64,000 nt of DNA, taken from contig JBMFRB010000003.1 in the NCBI GenBank assembly GCA_049968255.1, positions 64,001 to 128,000 on the forward strand. The letters run 5' to 3'. The DNA comes from Candidatus Sumerlaeaceae bacterium. Its GTDB lineage: Bacteria > Sumerlaeota > Sumerlaeia > Sumerlaeales > Sumerlaeaceae. The position numbers were made by a program, and so were the translations under genes. Positions 50,610-60,826 of this stretch are shown here, in pieces (position 1 is the stretch's first letter; each line of letters starts with the position of its first letter). Below the pieces are notes generated by a model. The model saw only the letters and a program-made list of their open reading frames with translations, was not told where the DNA came from and made no database searches.

Positions 50610-50615
50610 TGCGCT

Positions 50616-50658
50616 CCGCCATCCAGAGCGTCGGCTGCGTGGGGCGGTTGTTTTTTTT
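50616..50658 (+). terminator. Probable terminator of the efflux operon
   Basis: CCGCC...GGCGG imperfect stem followed by TTG and T8. Confidence 0.45.
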
Positions 50659-51331
50659 CGATCCCTGTCGACGTGATTGATACGGTAGGGCAAACAGTAG
50701 ACGATCGCCCGCTTTCTGGGGTACGAGCAAAACGTAGGCTTCCAAGGGAATGCCCCCTCTGCCCGAGAGTGTGCTTTTGCGCGAGCCAGCGCGCTACTTT
50801 TTCGTTGCCGTTTGTCCAGAGACGCCGTCCGAACGGTCTCTCGTGATACGGGTTTTCTTGTGCGGAGGGATTTTTGTGCGCATATGTGCGGGACTTGGGG
50901 TGGGGGCTTTTCACTTCCGGACGAACAGCACGTCAGCACAGAAAGGTCGAGTTCTCGTGGAAAGGCTTTCCTTCTGCAAAACGGCGTGCCCTCAATGGGC
51001 TATGAGCTGACGCAGTCAGTCGATCAGGATCGCGAACTCGATCTTCACCCCCTTGCGGGAAATTACCGTCAGGAAATCCCCGAAGGCCATGGTGTGCCAA
51101 AGCATCCGGTCGCCTCACCCGATAAGGAGGCAGTTGTGTTTGTCTCCCGCGTGGGGCCGTGCCTCCTTCGCCTTCTGAGCACTGTATTCAAAAGTCCCTC
51201 GCAAAACGCTCAAACCATGACCGAGGCATTTGTTGATTGTTCGACTCTGTGCTGTCGTATTGTACGCAGATTGCAGGGCAAAAGGGATCGGTCTCGGCAA
51301 TTGAGTGAGCTGAAGGTGGACACGTGGAACC

Positions 51332-53674
51332 ATGACATTTGATGAGCGGGTACTAGAATTTGATCGCATTCGTGAACTGGTGGCGAGTCAATGCGTGTGC
51401 GACCTAGGGCGTCGGCGCATGGCCGAGGCTCAGCCGTGCGCCGATCAGGATAAGCTCGAGCGCGAGATGGAGCTTGTCCGCGAGATGATGGACCTTGTGG
51501 GACGCCGACGCGAGCCACCTATTCACGGTTTGCGCGACGTTGCCGCGCATATCGCCCGTGTCGCCCGAGAGCGGGCAATCCTAGAACCTTTGGAACTGCT
51601 GGACGTCAAAGAGTTTCTGGAAACAGCTCGCTATCTGAAACAATTTTTCGAATCCGAAGCGGTGACCGCGCCGCGCCTGGCTGAGCTGGCACACTCGCTG
51701 GAGTCGCTACCGTCGCTGCGTCGCTCGATCGACGAGAAAATCGCTCCCGACGGCACCGTGCGCGACGGCGCGAGCGAAACTCTGCGTGCGCTGCGGCGCG
51801 AGATCTTCGCCTGCGAGCAACGCATCCAAGCTGTTTTGCAGCGAATGATCCGCGAGCTGACCGACAGCGGCGACCTTCAGGATAGTTTTTTCACCCTGCG
51901 CAACAGCCGCTATGTGCTTCCTGTGAAAACCACGAACCGCAATCGCGTGCCGGGACTCATCCACGACTCTTCGAATACTGGCGAGACCGTTTTCATTGAA
52001 CCGTACGCCATCCTCGAGGATTCGAACCGGCTTAGCGAACTGCGCGTAAAGGAGCGTGAAGAAATTTACCGGATTTTACTGCGTGTAGCGGGGCACATGC
52101 GTGACGAGCTGCCGGTGCTGCAAACGGACCTCGTCATCCTCAGCGAGCTCGATTACATCTATGGCAAAGCCCGCTTTGGATTGCTGCATGGCTGCGCTTT
52201 CCCAAGGCTTCTGCCGGCGGGACGAGCCCTGCGGCTTGTAGGGGCCCATCACCCGTTACTGCGCGCAGCCTCACCGGAGCAATCGCGTCCGCTTACCCTG
52301 GAGCTCAAGCCAGAGAACAGAGTCCTCGTCATCACGGGACCCAACGCCGGCGGCAAAACGACTGCGCTAAAAACAATCGGCCTCACGGTGCTCATGACGC
52401 AGTGCGCGATCCCCAGCCCGCTGGCATCCGAAAGTGCTGTGCCAATCTTTAGCGACGTGCTTGCGGATATCGGCGACGAGCAGAGCGTGCTGGAGGGGGT
52501 AAGTACCTTCAGCGCCCATATGCAGCGGATCGCACGAATTCTGCGCCAAGTGGGGAGGGCTTCGCTTGTGTTACTGGACGAGCTGGGCACGGCTACGGAT
52601 CCGGCCGAAGGCGCGGCCCTGGCCGTGGCGATCCTCGAACGTCTGGCCGAAACGAGCGGCCTCACGGTTGTGTCCACCCACCTGGCAGCGCTCAAAAACT
52701 GGGCCGAGCAACACCCGGCAGGGCGCAACGCGTCGTTCCGCCTTTCGCAGGTGGATCACCGCCCGACCTTCGAACTGATCCTGGATTTGCCAGGCATTAG
52801 CGAAGCATTTGTCATCGCCGAGCAGGTGGGGCTTCCTCGCGCTATCATCGAGCGAGCGCGAGCCCTGCGCCCGCAAGTCGAGCATGACGCCACCGCGCTA
52901 CTGTTGTCGCTTCAGGCCAAGGAGGCTGAGCTTCGCCAGCGGATGGCAGAGGTGGAGCGCCTGCGCGAGGACCTTGAGATCGAGCGGGGCCTATTAGCTG
53001 AGGAGAAAAAGGCAGTCGAGCAAACGCGCCACAAGCTGAAAAAGGAAATGCTGGCAGAGAAAGAGGCTGCGCTGCGCGAGGCGAAAGCACGCATCGAGGA
53101 ACTGATTGCCAAGCAACCATCGAAGCAAGAGCTCACGCATGCACGGAAAGAGCTCGAGGCCGAGATTGAAAGCACCGGCAAGGAGAGGACACAGTTCGAG
53201 GAAATGCCAAACCTCGAACCAGACGCTTTGCAAGTGGGTATGCTTGTGCGTTTGCGTTCACTGCACACGGAAGGCCGCGTTGTGCGTGTGGACGCTAGGA
53301 AGCGAACGGTGACGGTGGACCTGAAGGGCGCGCTTTCGAGGGTGTCGCTGATGGAAGTCGAAAGCGTGGTGAGCGAAAAGATGCAGAGTGCTGACGGTGA
53401 GGCGGCGGTGACTCGCCACGTTAGCGCTTCGAGCGACACGCTCGATCTCCACGGGAAAACGTGGGAAGAGGCACGTTCATTATTGGAAAAGTTTCTCGAT
53501 CAAGCTATCGTGAATGGGCTGCGGTGTGTTCGTATCGTTCATGGGCATGGCGCAGGCAAGCTTCGTAAGGCAGTCAGGGAATTCCTTGAGCAAGAGCCTT
53601 ACGTAGCGAAGGTTTATTTTGCGCCGCCGGCTCAAGGTGGCACGGCTGCGACAATCGCGGAATTCAAAGATTAG
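51332..53674 (+). CDS. mutS2: Endonuclease MutS2
   Basis: VLEFDRI, SNTGETVFIEP, GPNAGGKT, DIGDEQS..STFSAHM, LDELGTATDP, Smr domain LDLHG..HGHGAG. Confidence 0.97.
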   Translation: MTFDERVLEFDRIRELVASQCVCDLGRRRMAEAQPCADQDKLEREMELVREMMDLVGRRREPPIHGLRDVAAHIARVARERAILEPLELLDVKEFLETARYLKQFFESEAVTAPRLAELAHSLESLPSLRRSIDEKIAPDGTVRDGASETLRALRREIFACEQRIQAVLQRMIRELTDSGDLQDSFFTLRNSRYVLPVKTTNRNRVPGLIHDSSNTGETVFIEPYAILEDSNRLSELRVKEREEIYRILLRVAGHMRDELPVLQTDLVILSELDYIYGKARFGLLHGCAFPRLLPAGRALRLVGAHHPLLRAASPEQSRPLTLELKPENRVLVITGPNAGGKTTALKTIGLTVLMTQCAIPSPLASESAVPIFSDVLADIGDEQSVLEGVSTFSAHMQRIARILRQVGRASLVLLDELGTATDPAEGAALAVAILERLAETSGLTVVSTHLAALKNWAEQHPAGRNASFRLSQVDHRPTFELILDLPGISEAFVIAEQVGLPRAIIERARALRPQVEHDATALLLSLQAKEAELRQRMAEVERLREDLEIERGLLAEEKKAVEQTRHKLKKEMLAEKEAALREAKARIEELIAKQPSKQELTHARKELEAEIESTGKERTQFEEMPNLEPDALQVGMLVRLRSLHTEGRVVRVDARKRTVTVDLKGALSRVSLMEVESVVSEKMQSADGEAAVTRHVSASSDTLDLHGKTWEEARSLLEKFLDQAIVNGLRCVRIVHGHGAGKLRKAVREFLEQEPYVAKVYFAPPAQGGTAATIAEFKD

Positions 53675-53763
53675 CCAGCCCGTTGCCTAGGCTATAGCCA
53701 CGGCAACACGGACAGCGGTGGTACTTGCTTTCGCCCCACGCGATGCAATAAGAGAAAGATAAG

Positions 53764-55506
53764 ATGGGCAGTGAGCCGGAAAAAGAATTTCTCCAGCAAG
53801 ATCAGCAGCGCCGCGATCGCGAGTCATTGTGCCATGTGGAGGATCTTCAGGGGCTCGCGGAGCTAGCCGCGTTTGCTTGCAGTACATGGTGGGCGGGCAT
53901 TGTGGCTGAACCACGCAGCGATTCTCCGCTGTGGGTGGCGTTCGGGCCGGGCGCCTCCGCACTCGGGCGCTCAGAATTGCTTTGGAAGCTTGGATCCAAC
54001 GCGAAGGAGATGCTTTCCTTCACATGCCGTGACCATCGCGGCGAAACCCCGATCCCGCCGTCGTTTGGCGGAGCAGAACTGGGAATGCTGGTGATCATGC
54101 CCGTTCTGGGGAGCGCAGAGCAGTGCCTCGCCTTCCTGTGGGTGGCTGATCGCCGTGCGCGCGGGCTCACGCAGCCGGAACTGCGCGCGCTCCGTCTGCT
54201 CACCGACGAAATCAAGCTCCGGCTTGAGCTGCGCGAGCGGCTTCACGAAAAGCTTGAAGCGTTGCAAGCGCTGGAAAAGCTCCACCAGGAACTGCGCCAG
54301 ACCAACCGCGAACTTGCAGTGGCGCGCGACCGTGCTCTTGAAGGTGAGCGGGCAAAAGCTATTTTTCTAACAAATTTAGGACACGAACTCCGTACCCCAC
54401 TCAACGCAATTCTTGGATTCACGGAGATACTGCTCGAAGAAGCGCGCGAGCTTGAGCGCGACTCACTCACCGTACCACTGGAACATGTGCACGAAGCAGC
54501 ACACCGCCTCGCCGAAATGATCGAAAACGCGCTTTACGTGGCGCGGGTGGACACAAAACGCATGCCGCTTTACTTGGAGACGTTCGACTTGGGACGTCTG
54601 CTTACCGAAACAATTGAGACAGTCCGACCCCTCGCCACGAAAAATGGCAACGAGGTGTCGATGACCTTGCCGTCGAATTTGGGCAACATCTATGCCGATC
54701 CGGGTAAGGTGCGCCAAATCGTTTACAATCTTCTGACTAACGCCTGCAAATTCACGCATAAGGGGAAAATCAGTCTCTCGGCCTCACGCGTCACGGAGGG
54801 AAGTAAGGAATGCGTCCGAATTGTTGTGGCAGACACGGGAAAAGGCTTCACCAAGGCGCAGATGGAGAAGCTCCTGGACGAGTTGGTGCCTACCGAGGAA
54901 ACTCCCGGTTCGCCGTTGAGCGGACTTGGTGTGGGGCTGGCTGTGGCCAACCGTTTCTGCAAGATGATGAATGGGTCGATTCGAGTAACGAGTCGGGTGG
55001 GGCACGGCTCACGATTTGTTGTGACCTTGCCGACCCGCGTTGAACTGCCAGAGCAGTCACCGTTTCCGAGCTCGGGAACACTTCGAGCAGTGACCTCCGT
55101 CTTGCCGGAGCCTCCCGCCACAGCTCCTCTCGTCTTGGTGATCGAAAACGATTCGACAACGCGTGATCTCGTCTGCGCCAGCTTACGACGCGCCGGCTAT
55201 CGCGCCATCGGTGCGGCTTCTGGCAAGGAGGCCCTCGAAGCCATCGAGCTGGAGCCGCCCCGCGCTATCACGTTGGATGTGAATTTAGGCGATGAGGACG
55301 GGTGGCAGCTTCTCGCAAAATTGCGGGCACTCCCAGCAACGGTCAACGTGCCGATAATCCTTGTTACCGAAACAGTGGACCAAAATCTTGCTTTCGAGCT
55401 TGGCGCCACCGACGTGGTTTCGAAGCCCGTCTCACCGAAGGGTCTCGGGGAAACGCTTCGGCGATGGGTGAGCGATAGCCCCCCAAGGCGCGGTCCTGGG
55501 AGGTAG
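53764..55506 (+). CDS. Cytoplasmic hybrid histidine kinase (degenerate GAF-like, HisKA, HATPase, receiver)
   Basis: HELRTPLN, NLLTNACKFT, DTGKG, GLGVGL; REC with IEND, LDVNL, SKP. Confidence 0.92.
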   Translation: MGSEPEKEFLQQDQQRRDRESLCHVEDLQGLAELAAFACSTWWAGIVAEPRSDSPLWVAFGPGASALGRSELLWKLGSNAKEMLSFTCRDHRGETPIPPSFGGAELGMLVIMPVLGSAEQCLAFLWVADRRARGLTQPELRALRLLTDEIKLRLELRERLHEKLEALQALEKLHQELRQTNRELAVARDRALEGERAKAIFLTNLGHELRTPLNAILGFTEILLEEARELERDSLTVPLEHVHEAAHRLAEMIENALYVARVDTKRMPLYLETFDLGRLLTETIETVRPLATKNGNEVSMTLPSNLGNIYADPGKVRQIVYNLLTNACKFTHKGKISLSASRVTEGSKECVRIVVADTGKGFTKAQMEKLLDELVPTEETPGSPLSGLGVGLAVANRFCKMMNGSIRVTSRVGHGSRFVVTLPTRVELPEQSPFPSSGTLRAVTSVLPEPPATAPLVLVIENDSTTRDLVCASLRRAGYRAIGAASGKEALEAIELEPPRAITLDVNLGDEDGWQLLAKLRALPATVNVPIILVTETVDQNLAFELGATDVVSKPVSPKGLGETLRRWVSDSPPRRGPGR

Positions 55507-55510
55507 ACTC

Positions 55511-56467
55511 ATGACGTATGAGGGACGACTGATTGCGATTGTGGACGACAACGCCGACAATCGTGAGATTCTTCGGCGGCGGCTTGAGCGGCGTGGTTTT
55601 CGCGTCATAACTTTCAGTTCCGGCGAAGAGCTTCTCGCAAAAATTGAGGAAGGCGTGTTTCCCGCACTTATCCTGTTGGACCTCATGATGCCAGGGCTCG
55701 GTGGCCTGGGGACGTTGGCTCGACTGCGCCAAAACCAGCACACACGCGATACGCCAGTCATCATGGTCTCGGCAGCGGGCGAGGACGAGACAATTGTGCG
55801 GGCACTGCGCGAGGGGGCAAACGATTATGTGCTCAAGCCTGTAAATTTCGAGGTTCTGCTGGCGAGAATTGAGACGCATCTTCGGATTCGCGATGCCTTG
55901 GAAACTATTCGCGCTCAACGCGACATGATGGAGGCCTTAGCGCTGCTGGACCCGTTGACCGGGGTCTATAATCGTCGTGCCCTGGAGGGACGCCTTCGTG
56001 ACGAATTCGAGCGAGCCTGCCGTTACCGTCGCCCGCTGTCACTGATATTTTTCGACCTCGATCATTTCAAGCGAGTGAATGATCGCTACGGTCACGATGT
56101 GGGCGACGAAGTTTTGCGATCGTTTGCACGTCGCCTCCAGGAATTTCTGCGCACATCGGACATCGTTGCTCGCTATGGCGGGGAGGAATTTTGCGTGATT
56201 CTTCCCGAAACAGAGGAAAAGGATGCGTTCGCTGTAGCGCAACGGATTCGGGAGGCGGTCGCCAGTGCCCCTTGCCAGGTGGCGGAATTAGCATTGCCTG
56301 TGACCGTGAGTGGTGGAGTGGCCGCAGCTAAGTGCGACGACGAAGGGCCCATGGAGGCGCTCTTGCGGGCGGATTGCGCGATGTATTGTGCCAAGCGCGC
56401 AGGCAGAAATCGAGTGATCTTGTTTTCGCCCGAGCTCCTGGGCGAAGAAAAAAGCAATTCGGCTTGA
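55511..56467 (+). CDS. Response-regulator diguanylate cyclase (REC-GGDEF)
   Basis: VDD, LDLMMP, KP; DPLTG..NRR, DLDHFK, RTSD I-site, RYGGEEF. Confidence 0.96.
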   Translation: MTYEGRLIAIVDDNADNREILRRRLERRGFRVITFSSGEELLAKIEEGVFPALILLDLMMPGLGGLGTLARLRQNQHTRDTPVIMVSAAGEDETIVRALREGANDYVLKPVNFEVLLARIETHLRIRDALETIRAQRDMMEALALLDPLTGVYNRRALEGRLRDEFERACRYRRPLSLIFFDLDHFKRVNDRYGHDVGDEVLRSFARRLQEFLRTSDIVARYGGEEFCVILPETEEKDAFAVAQRIREAVASAPCQVAELALPVTVSGGVAAAKCDDEGPMEALLRADCAMYCAKRAGRNRVILFSPELLGEEKSNSA

Positions 56468-56503
56468 AACGTTTGTAGGGCTCCGACTACTAAGGGGAAA
56501 CCT

Positions 56504-56917
56504 ATGGCGCGGGTAGTGACAATTGATGATGATGAAGACATCTTGTTCCAGCTCAGGTTTGTTCTTAGCCGGGCGGGACACCAGGTATATCCTCTTTTGA
56601 AAACCGATCGGTTGATCGAGCAGGTGCGGAAAGTCTCGCCGGACATTGTGGTCACAGACATCGTCATGCCTGGCCTTATGGGCGGTGCCGTCTACCATCT
56701 GCTACGCCAAGAGTTGGGGGGCTCCCTGCCCATCATCGTTTCCAGCGGAACCCGCTTGAAAATCAAAGGAGCTGACAACGACCCACTTCTCGATTATTGC
56801 CCTAAACCTGTGGATTATGATGAGTTGTTGCAGAAAATTGACGAGTTGCTCCGCAAAAAGCACAAGCTGCAATTGAGTGAGGATGATGACTTCGACAACT
56901 TGGATGCCGCCGAGTGA
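56504..56917 (+). CDS. Single-domain response regulator with acidic tail
   Basis: IDDD, TDIVMP, CPKP; tail SEDDDFDNLDAAE. Confidence 0.9.
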   Translation: MARVVTIDDDEDILFQLRFVLSRAGHQVYPLLKTDRLIEQVRKVSPDIVVTDIVMPGLMGGAVYHLLRQELGGSLPIIVSSGTRLKIKGADNDPLLDYCPKPVDYDELLQKIDELLRKKHKLQLSEDDDFDNLDAAE

Positions 56918-56980
56918 GTGAGCCAGAACCTGCTGTGCTCAGAGGCGCTCATAGTACTTCGATTGGGCATGACTAAACGT

Positions 56981-58093
56981 ATGGAACCAAACCCCAAAGA
57001 GCGAATCCTGGTCGTTGATGACAATGACTTGAACGTCGAGATGCTTTGCCTGCGCTTGCGCCGCAGCGGCTATGAAGCCCACGGTGTGTTTTCTGGCAAC
57101 GAGGCCCTACAGGCGCTTGACAAAGAATCCTTCGATCTCGTCGTGCTCGATATCATGATGCCGGGGATGAACGGCATCGAGGTGCTCCACGAGATTCGAA
57201 AGCGCTACACCCTCAGCGAACTGCCTGTGATCATGGCGACGGCCAAGACGGACAGCGTCGACATGGTGAAGGCGTTTGAGGCCGGTGCTAGCGACTACGT
57301 CACCAAGCCCATTGATTTGTGGGTGTTCCTCGCGCGAATTCGGACGCACCTCAAGCTGCGCCAGCTTACCAAAGAGAAAGATGAATTCTTGGCCATAGCA
57401 AGCCACGACCTGAAGAATCCGCTGAACAACATCCACGGTTATGCACAGCTACTTCTTATGATTGCGAAACCGGGCGAGCCGGTGACGCAAGAAATGCGCA
57501 CGATGCTCGAACGCATTGTTCAACAGTCGCATCTCATGCTGCGCATCATTGTGGATTTTCTCGATTACCACGCGCTGCAGGAAGGTGTGCTAACGCTCGC
57601 GCGGGAAGTGGTGGACCTCAACAAACTCGTGCAGGAATGCGTGAACGAACACATGGGCAGTGCGTCCCACAAGAATATTCGCATCGAATTTGTCCCTGCA
57701 GCCCAGCCAGCTCTCGTGAACGTTGATCCCGATCGCATTCGGCAAGTCCTCCATAATCTTTTTTCTAATGCCATCAAATTCTCGGAGCGTGGGAGCACAA
57801 TCAGAACGTGGGTGGAGGTGGTGGACGAAGAGTTCGTCAAGTTCTTCATTCGCGACAGCGGGCCGGGGGTGCAGCCGAAGGAACACGCCACGATTTTCGA
57901 TAAGTTCGGTCGGCCAGCTAGTCGCGGCACCGCAGGCGAGCGTGGGAGTGCGATCGGCCTTTCGATCGCAAAGCGTTTCATCGAAATGCACGACGGCCGC
58001 ATCGGTTGCGAGAATCACCCGGAGGGTGGTGCAGTGTTCTGGTTCGAGCTAGCGGCCTACAAACCGGCTTGCCCCACCGCGGATGGAACCTAG
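56981..58093 (+). CDS. Receiver-histidine kinase hybrid (REC-HisKA-HATPase)
   Basis: VVDD, LDIMMP, TKP; SHDLKNPL, NLFSNAIKFS, DSGPG. Confidence 0.93.
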   Translation: MEPNPKERILVVDDNDLNVEMLCLRLRRSGYEAHGVFSGNEALQALDKESFDLVVLDIMMPGMNGIEVLHEIRKRYTLSELPVIMATAKTDSVDMVKAFEAGASDYVTKPIDLWVFLARIRTHLKLRQLTKEKDEFLAIASHDLKNPLNNIHGYAQLLLMIAKPGEPVTQEMRTMLERIVQQSHLMLRIIVDFLDYHALQEGVLTLAREVVDLNKLVQECVNEHMGSASHKNIRIEFVPAAQPALVNVDPDRIRQVLHNLFSNAIKFSERGSTIRTWVEVVDEEFVKFFIRDSGPGVQPKEHATIFDKFGRPASRGTAGERGSAIGLSIAKRFIEMHDGRIGCENHPEGGAVFWFELAAYKPACPTADGT

Positions 58094-59805
58094 CGAAGAG
58101 CTAGCGGCAAATCTCCTTTCACAGTCGCCTCGTGCTTTCGCGCTTCGGCCTGCAGCACGACGGGCGCAGGCGTGGGAAACAAGATCGCTATAGCAAAAGT
58201 GATAAACGCACCGATCATGGCGTACCATGTGAAGGCGATTTTGGGCCACCACTTTGGAAGAGCAAACGCCGGCAGAAGGCCTGGCGAAAACGCTTTGAGG
58301 ATTTCTTCGTGTTGCTGGGTCATGATGAAAGCGCTCACCAGCCCCACCGTGAGAGCGATGACGTTGCCAAGGTCGGACCCGCGCGCCTTCGTGAGCATCC
58401 CCACCAAGAACACGCCAAGCATGGGTCCGGCGAAAAGGCCTGCCACACCTAGGGCGATCGGGATGAGCCGCTGCTCGGGGTTCACCACGTTCAGGTAGGC
58501 CGTTATGGAAGCGATCAGAATCATCAAAAGAGCGAAGAAGCCGGTGAAAAAACGCGCAGCTCGGATATGGTGACGTTCGCTTCGGCGCCGCGAAAAGTAA
58601 GGCAAATACCAATCGTTTGTCACACTTGTGGCCAGGGCATTGAGTGCCGCGCTTAGGCTTCCCATCGCTGTGGCGAATAGCCCCGCCAGCACAAAGCCGC
58701 GGACAACCACTGGCATCACGTTCATGATGTAAACGCCGAAAACGTCGTTCGGTTTAGCCGGCTTGAGTTCGGGTTGCATCTGGTAAAACGCAATGAGCAG
58801 TACGCCGATGAAAGAGAAGGCCACGAAGATAGGCAGATCCATGAGGGCCGCGGTGACAAGCGAGAGACGGCTGCGCTTATAGTCCTTGGCCGTGAGCATC
58901 CGCTGCACCATATCCTGATCCGTGCCGAATGCTGCCATGTTGGCAAGGCACGTGGGGATCAGCGCCGCGATGATGGTGTAGGGCGCAGCGAGCACTTCTT
59001 TCATGAAGGCTAGTAACCATTTGCCCGTGGGAAGGTTGGCCGGAGTATTCTCCCAGCCAAAGCGCACGTAGCCACGAAGCGATTTCATCTCGGGGACATG
59101 CTGGCCCAGCACGCTAAAGCCGCGCACCATGTTGCCGTCGCCTAAATGGTAAAGCAGGGATCCGATAGCAACCAGCGCGCTCGTGAACATAAGTGTCGCC
59201 TGGATAAGGTCAGTCCAGATGACGGCCTTAATGCCTCCAATGAGAGTGTAGACGCATGTCACGGCGACGAGCAAGGTGATCGCCAGAGCGTAAGGCTGCC
59301 ATGCGTCGCCGATGGCCATATCGCGCACAGATTCGCCTTTTACAATCATTCGCCACGCCAGCACCATGACGAGAGCAGGTACGTATACCCGAACTCCCAT
59401 CGCCAGTGTGCGGAAAATGAGAAAGAGCAAAGAGACGTAATTCTTGGATCGTTGGCCAAAGCGCACCGCCAGGTAATCGTAAACGGTGTAGACCTTGTAC
59501 TCGTAGTACGGGCGTAGGAAAACCAAGCCGACCAGCACTCGGCCAAGGATGAGGCCCAAGGCGAGCTGGGCGTAGACGATACCGCGTTCCTTGAATCCCT
59601 CGGCAGGCACGGTGAGGAAGGTGGCGGCACTTGTTTCGGCAGCGATGATCGAAGCCATGACGGCCCACCACGGCATTTGGCGGCCCCCGAGCGCATAGTC
59701 GTGGAGGCTACGCTCGCGCCGCCCCATGTACAAGCCAATCGCCGTAATCGTGGCGAAATAAACTAAAATGATCATCCCATCTGTGACTAAAGCCCACTCG
59801 CCCAT
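58090..59805 (-). CDS. Sodium:solute symporter (SSS/SLC5 family)
   Basis: Y.LGGRQMPWW, AAETSAATF, GGIKAVIWTD, GTDQDMVQR, AMGSLSAALN. Confidence 0.95.
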   Translation of the reverse strand: MGEWALVTDGMIILVYFATITAIGLYMGRRERSLHDYALGGRQMPWWAVMASIIAAETSAATFLTVPAEGFKERGIVYAQLALGLILGRVLVGLVFLRPYYEYKVYTVYDYLAVRFGQRSKNYVSLLFLIFRTLAMGVRVYVPALVMVLAWRMIVKGESVRDMAIGDAWQPYALAITLLVAVTCVYTLIGGIKAVIWTDLIQATLMFTSALVAIGSLLYHLGDGNMVRGFSVLGQHVPEMKSLRGYVRFGWENTPANLPTGKWLLAFMKEVLAAPYTIIAALIPTCLANMAAFGTDQDMVQRMLTAKDYKRSRLSLVTAALMDLPIFVAFSFIGVLLIAFYQMQPELKPAKPNDVFGVYIMNVMPVVVRGFVLAGLFATAMGSLSAALNALATSVTNDWYLPYFSRRRSERHHIRAARFFTGFFALLMILIASITAYLNVVNPEQRLIPIALGVAGLFAGPMLGVFLVGMLTKARGSDLGNVIALTVGLVSAFIMTQQHEEILKAFSPGLLPAFALPKWWPKIAFTWYAMIGAFITFAIAILFPTPAPVVLQAEARKHEATVKGDLPLALR

Positions 59806-60123
59806 CCTGCATTTCCTTTCCACCGGCATGCCACGCTAAAAGCCTCGAAATGGCTTCTATGACTTGGCGCACCAAAGCATCGCTTCCGCGCTGGCCTAAG
59901 CATGCCCAAAAGCAAAGGCTGGAGAATTGGGCATTGCAAGCGGTTAGGCATGTGGTACCGACCAGCGCAACTCACTGCTGCGTGGCGCCGCCATCAAAGA
60001 GCTTCCCTGCTGTCGCAAACGCCTGGGGATGACGCTGCGTGCACCTCCGGCAAGAAATCTCCTCAGCAACCACTGACTTCCGCGAGGCAGAGTCGACGCC
60101 GCCGCGGCCGCTTCTCAATCTTC

Positions 60124-60819
60124 TCAAGAAAAAAGGCTGCCTTCAGCAAGGCGAGCGACAAATTCATGCATAGAATCGACCATAGCATCGGGCCCAAGCG
60201 CCAGAAGCTCGTCACGTGTTCGTTGTCCATAGGTCGCGCAGACAACTCGAACGCCGGCGTTGTGCGCAAATTCAATGTCGGTTTCGCTGTCGCCCACCAG
60301 CACCGTTTCGTTCGGCTGGGCTTCGGCGTTTGCCATGAGATGGTGCAAGATGTCTGGCGCCGGCTTGCGGGGAAACGCATCGGACTGTCCGACAATCCAA
60401 TCAAAATGCTCTGCCACGCCAAAATGCTCGAGAATGTAGCGTGTGAGAGCGTCCGGCTTATTCGAGGCCACGGCAAGGCGCAGTCCCGCCTTATCGAGCT
60501 GATCTAGCGCCTCGGCCACGCCGTCATAAAGCGAGGTCTCTCGCACGGGGTAGCGGCGGTAATAGTCCGTGAGTACTTGCACCTTTTCGTTGAGCACCGT
60601 TTCATCCTCTGTTCCCAGCACGCCCGCCACAAGGCGCCGAACACCGCGCCCCACGTGCTTCTTCACTTCCTCGACCGTGCGCGGCGGCTGGCCATCGAGT
60701 GCAAGCATGTGGTTGACGGCGGCTGCGATGTCAGCAAAAGCGTCGACCAGGGTGCCGTCGAGATCAAAAACAACGAGCTTCAAGCCAAGCGGATTCGGGA
60801 AATCATGCGAAGTCGTCAT
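60124..60819 (-). CDS. HAD-family phosphatase (phosphoglycolate phosphatase-like)
   Basis: FDLDGTLVD, SNK, RKPAP, VGDSETD. Confidence 0.92.
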   Translation of the reverse strand: MTTSHDFPNPLGLKLVVFDLDGTLVDAFADIAAAVNHMLALDGQPPRTVEEVKKHVGRGVRRLVAGVLGTEDETVLNEKVQVLTDYYRRYPVRETSLYDGVAEALDQLDKAGLRLAVASNKPDALTRYILEHFGVAEHFDWIVGQSDAFPRKPAPDILHHLMANAEAQPNETVLVGDSETDIEFAHNAGVRVVCATYGQRTRDELLALGPDAMVDSMHEFVARLAEGSLFS

Positions 60820-60826
60820 ATCATCC

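Noticed and set aside
50687-50760. GGGCAAAC...GCAAAAC looked like a c-di-GMP-I riboswitch
   Set aside because: Lacks the GNRA-capped P2 stem and tetraloop-receptor spacing; no properly placed downstream gene.
50812-51342. 176-aa plus-strand ORF upstream of mutS2
   Set aside because: No recognisable motif; the codon bias in its middle belongs to the opposite-strand mini-ORF.
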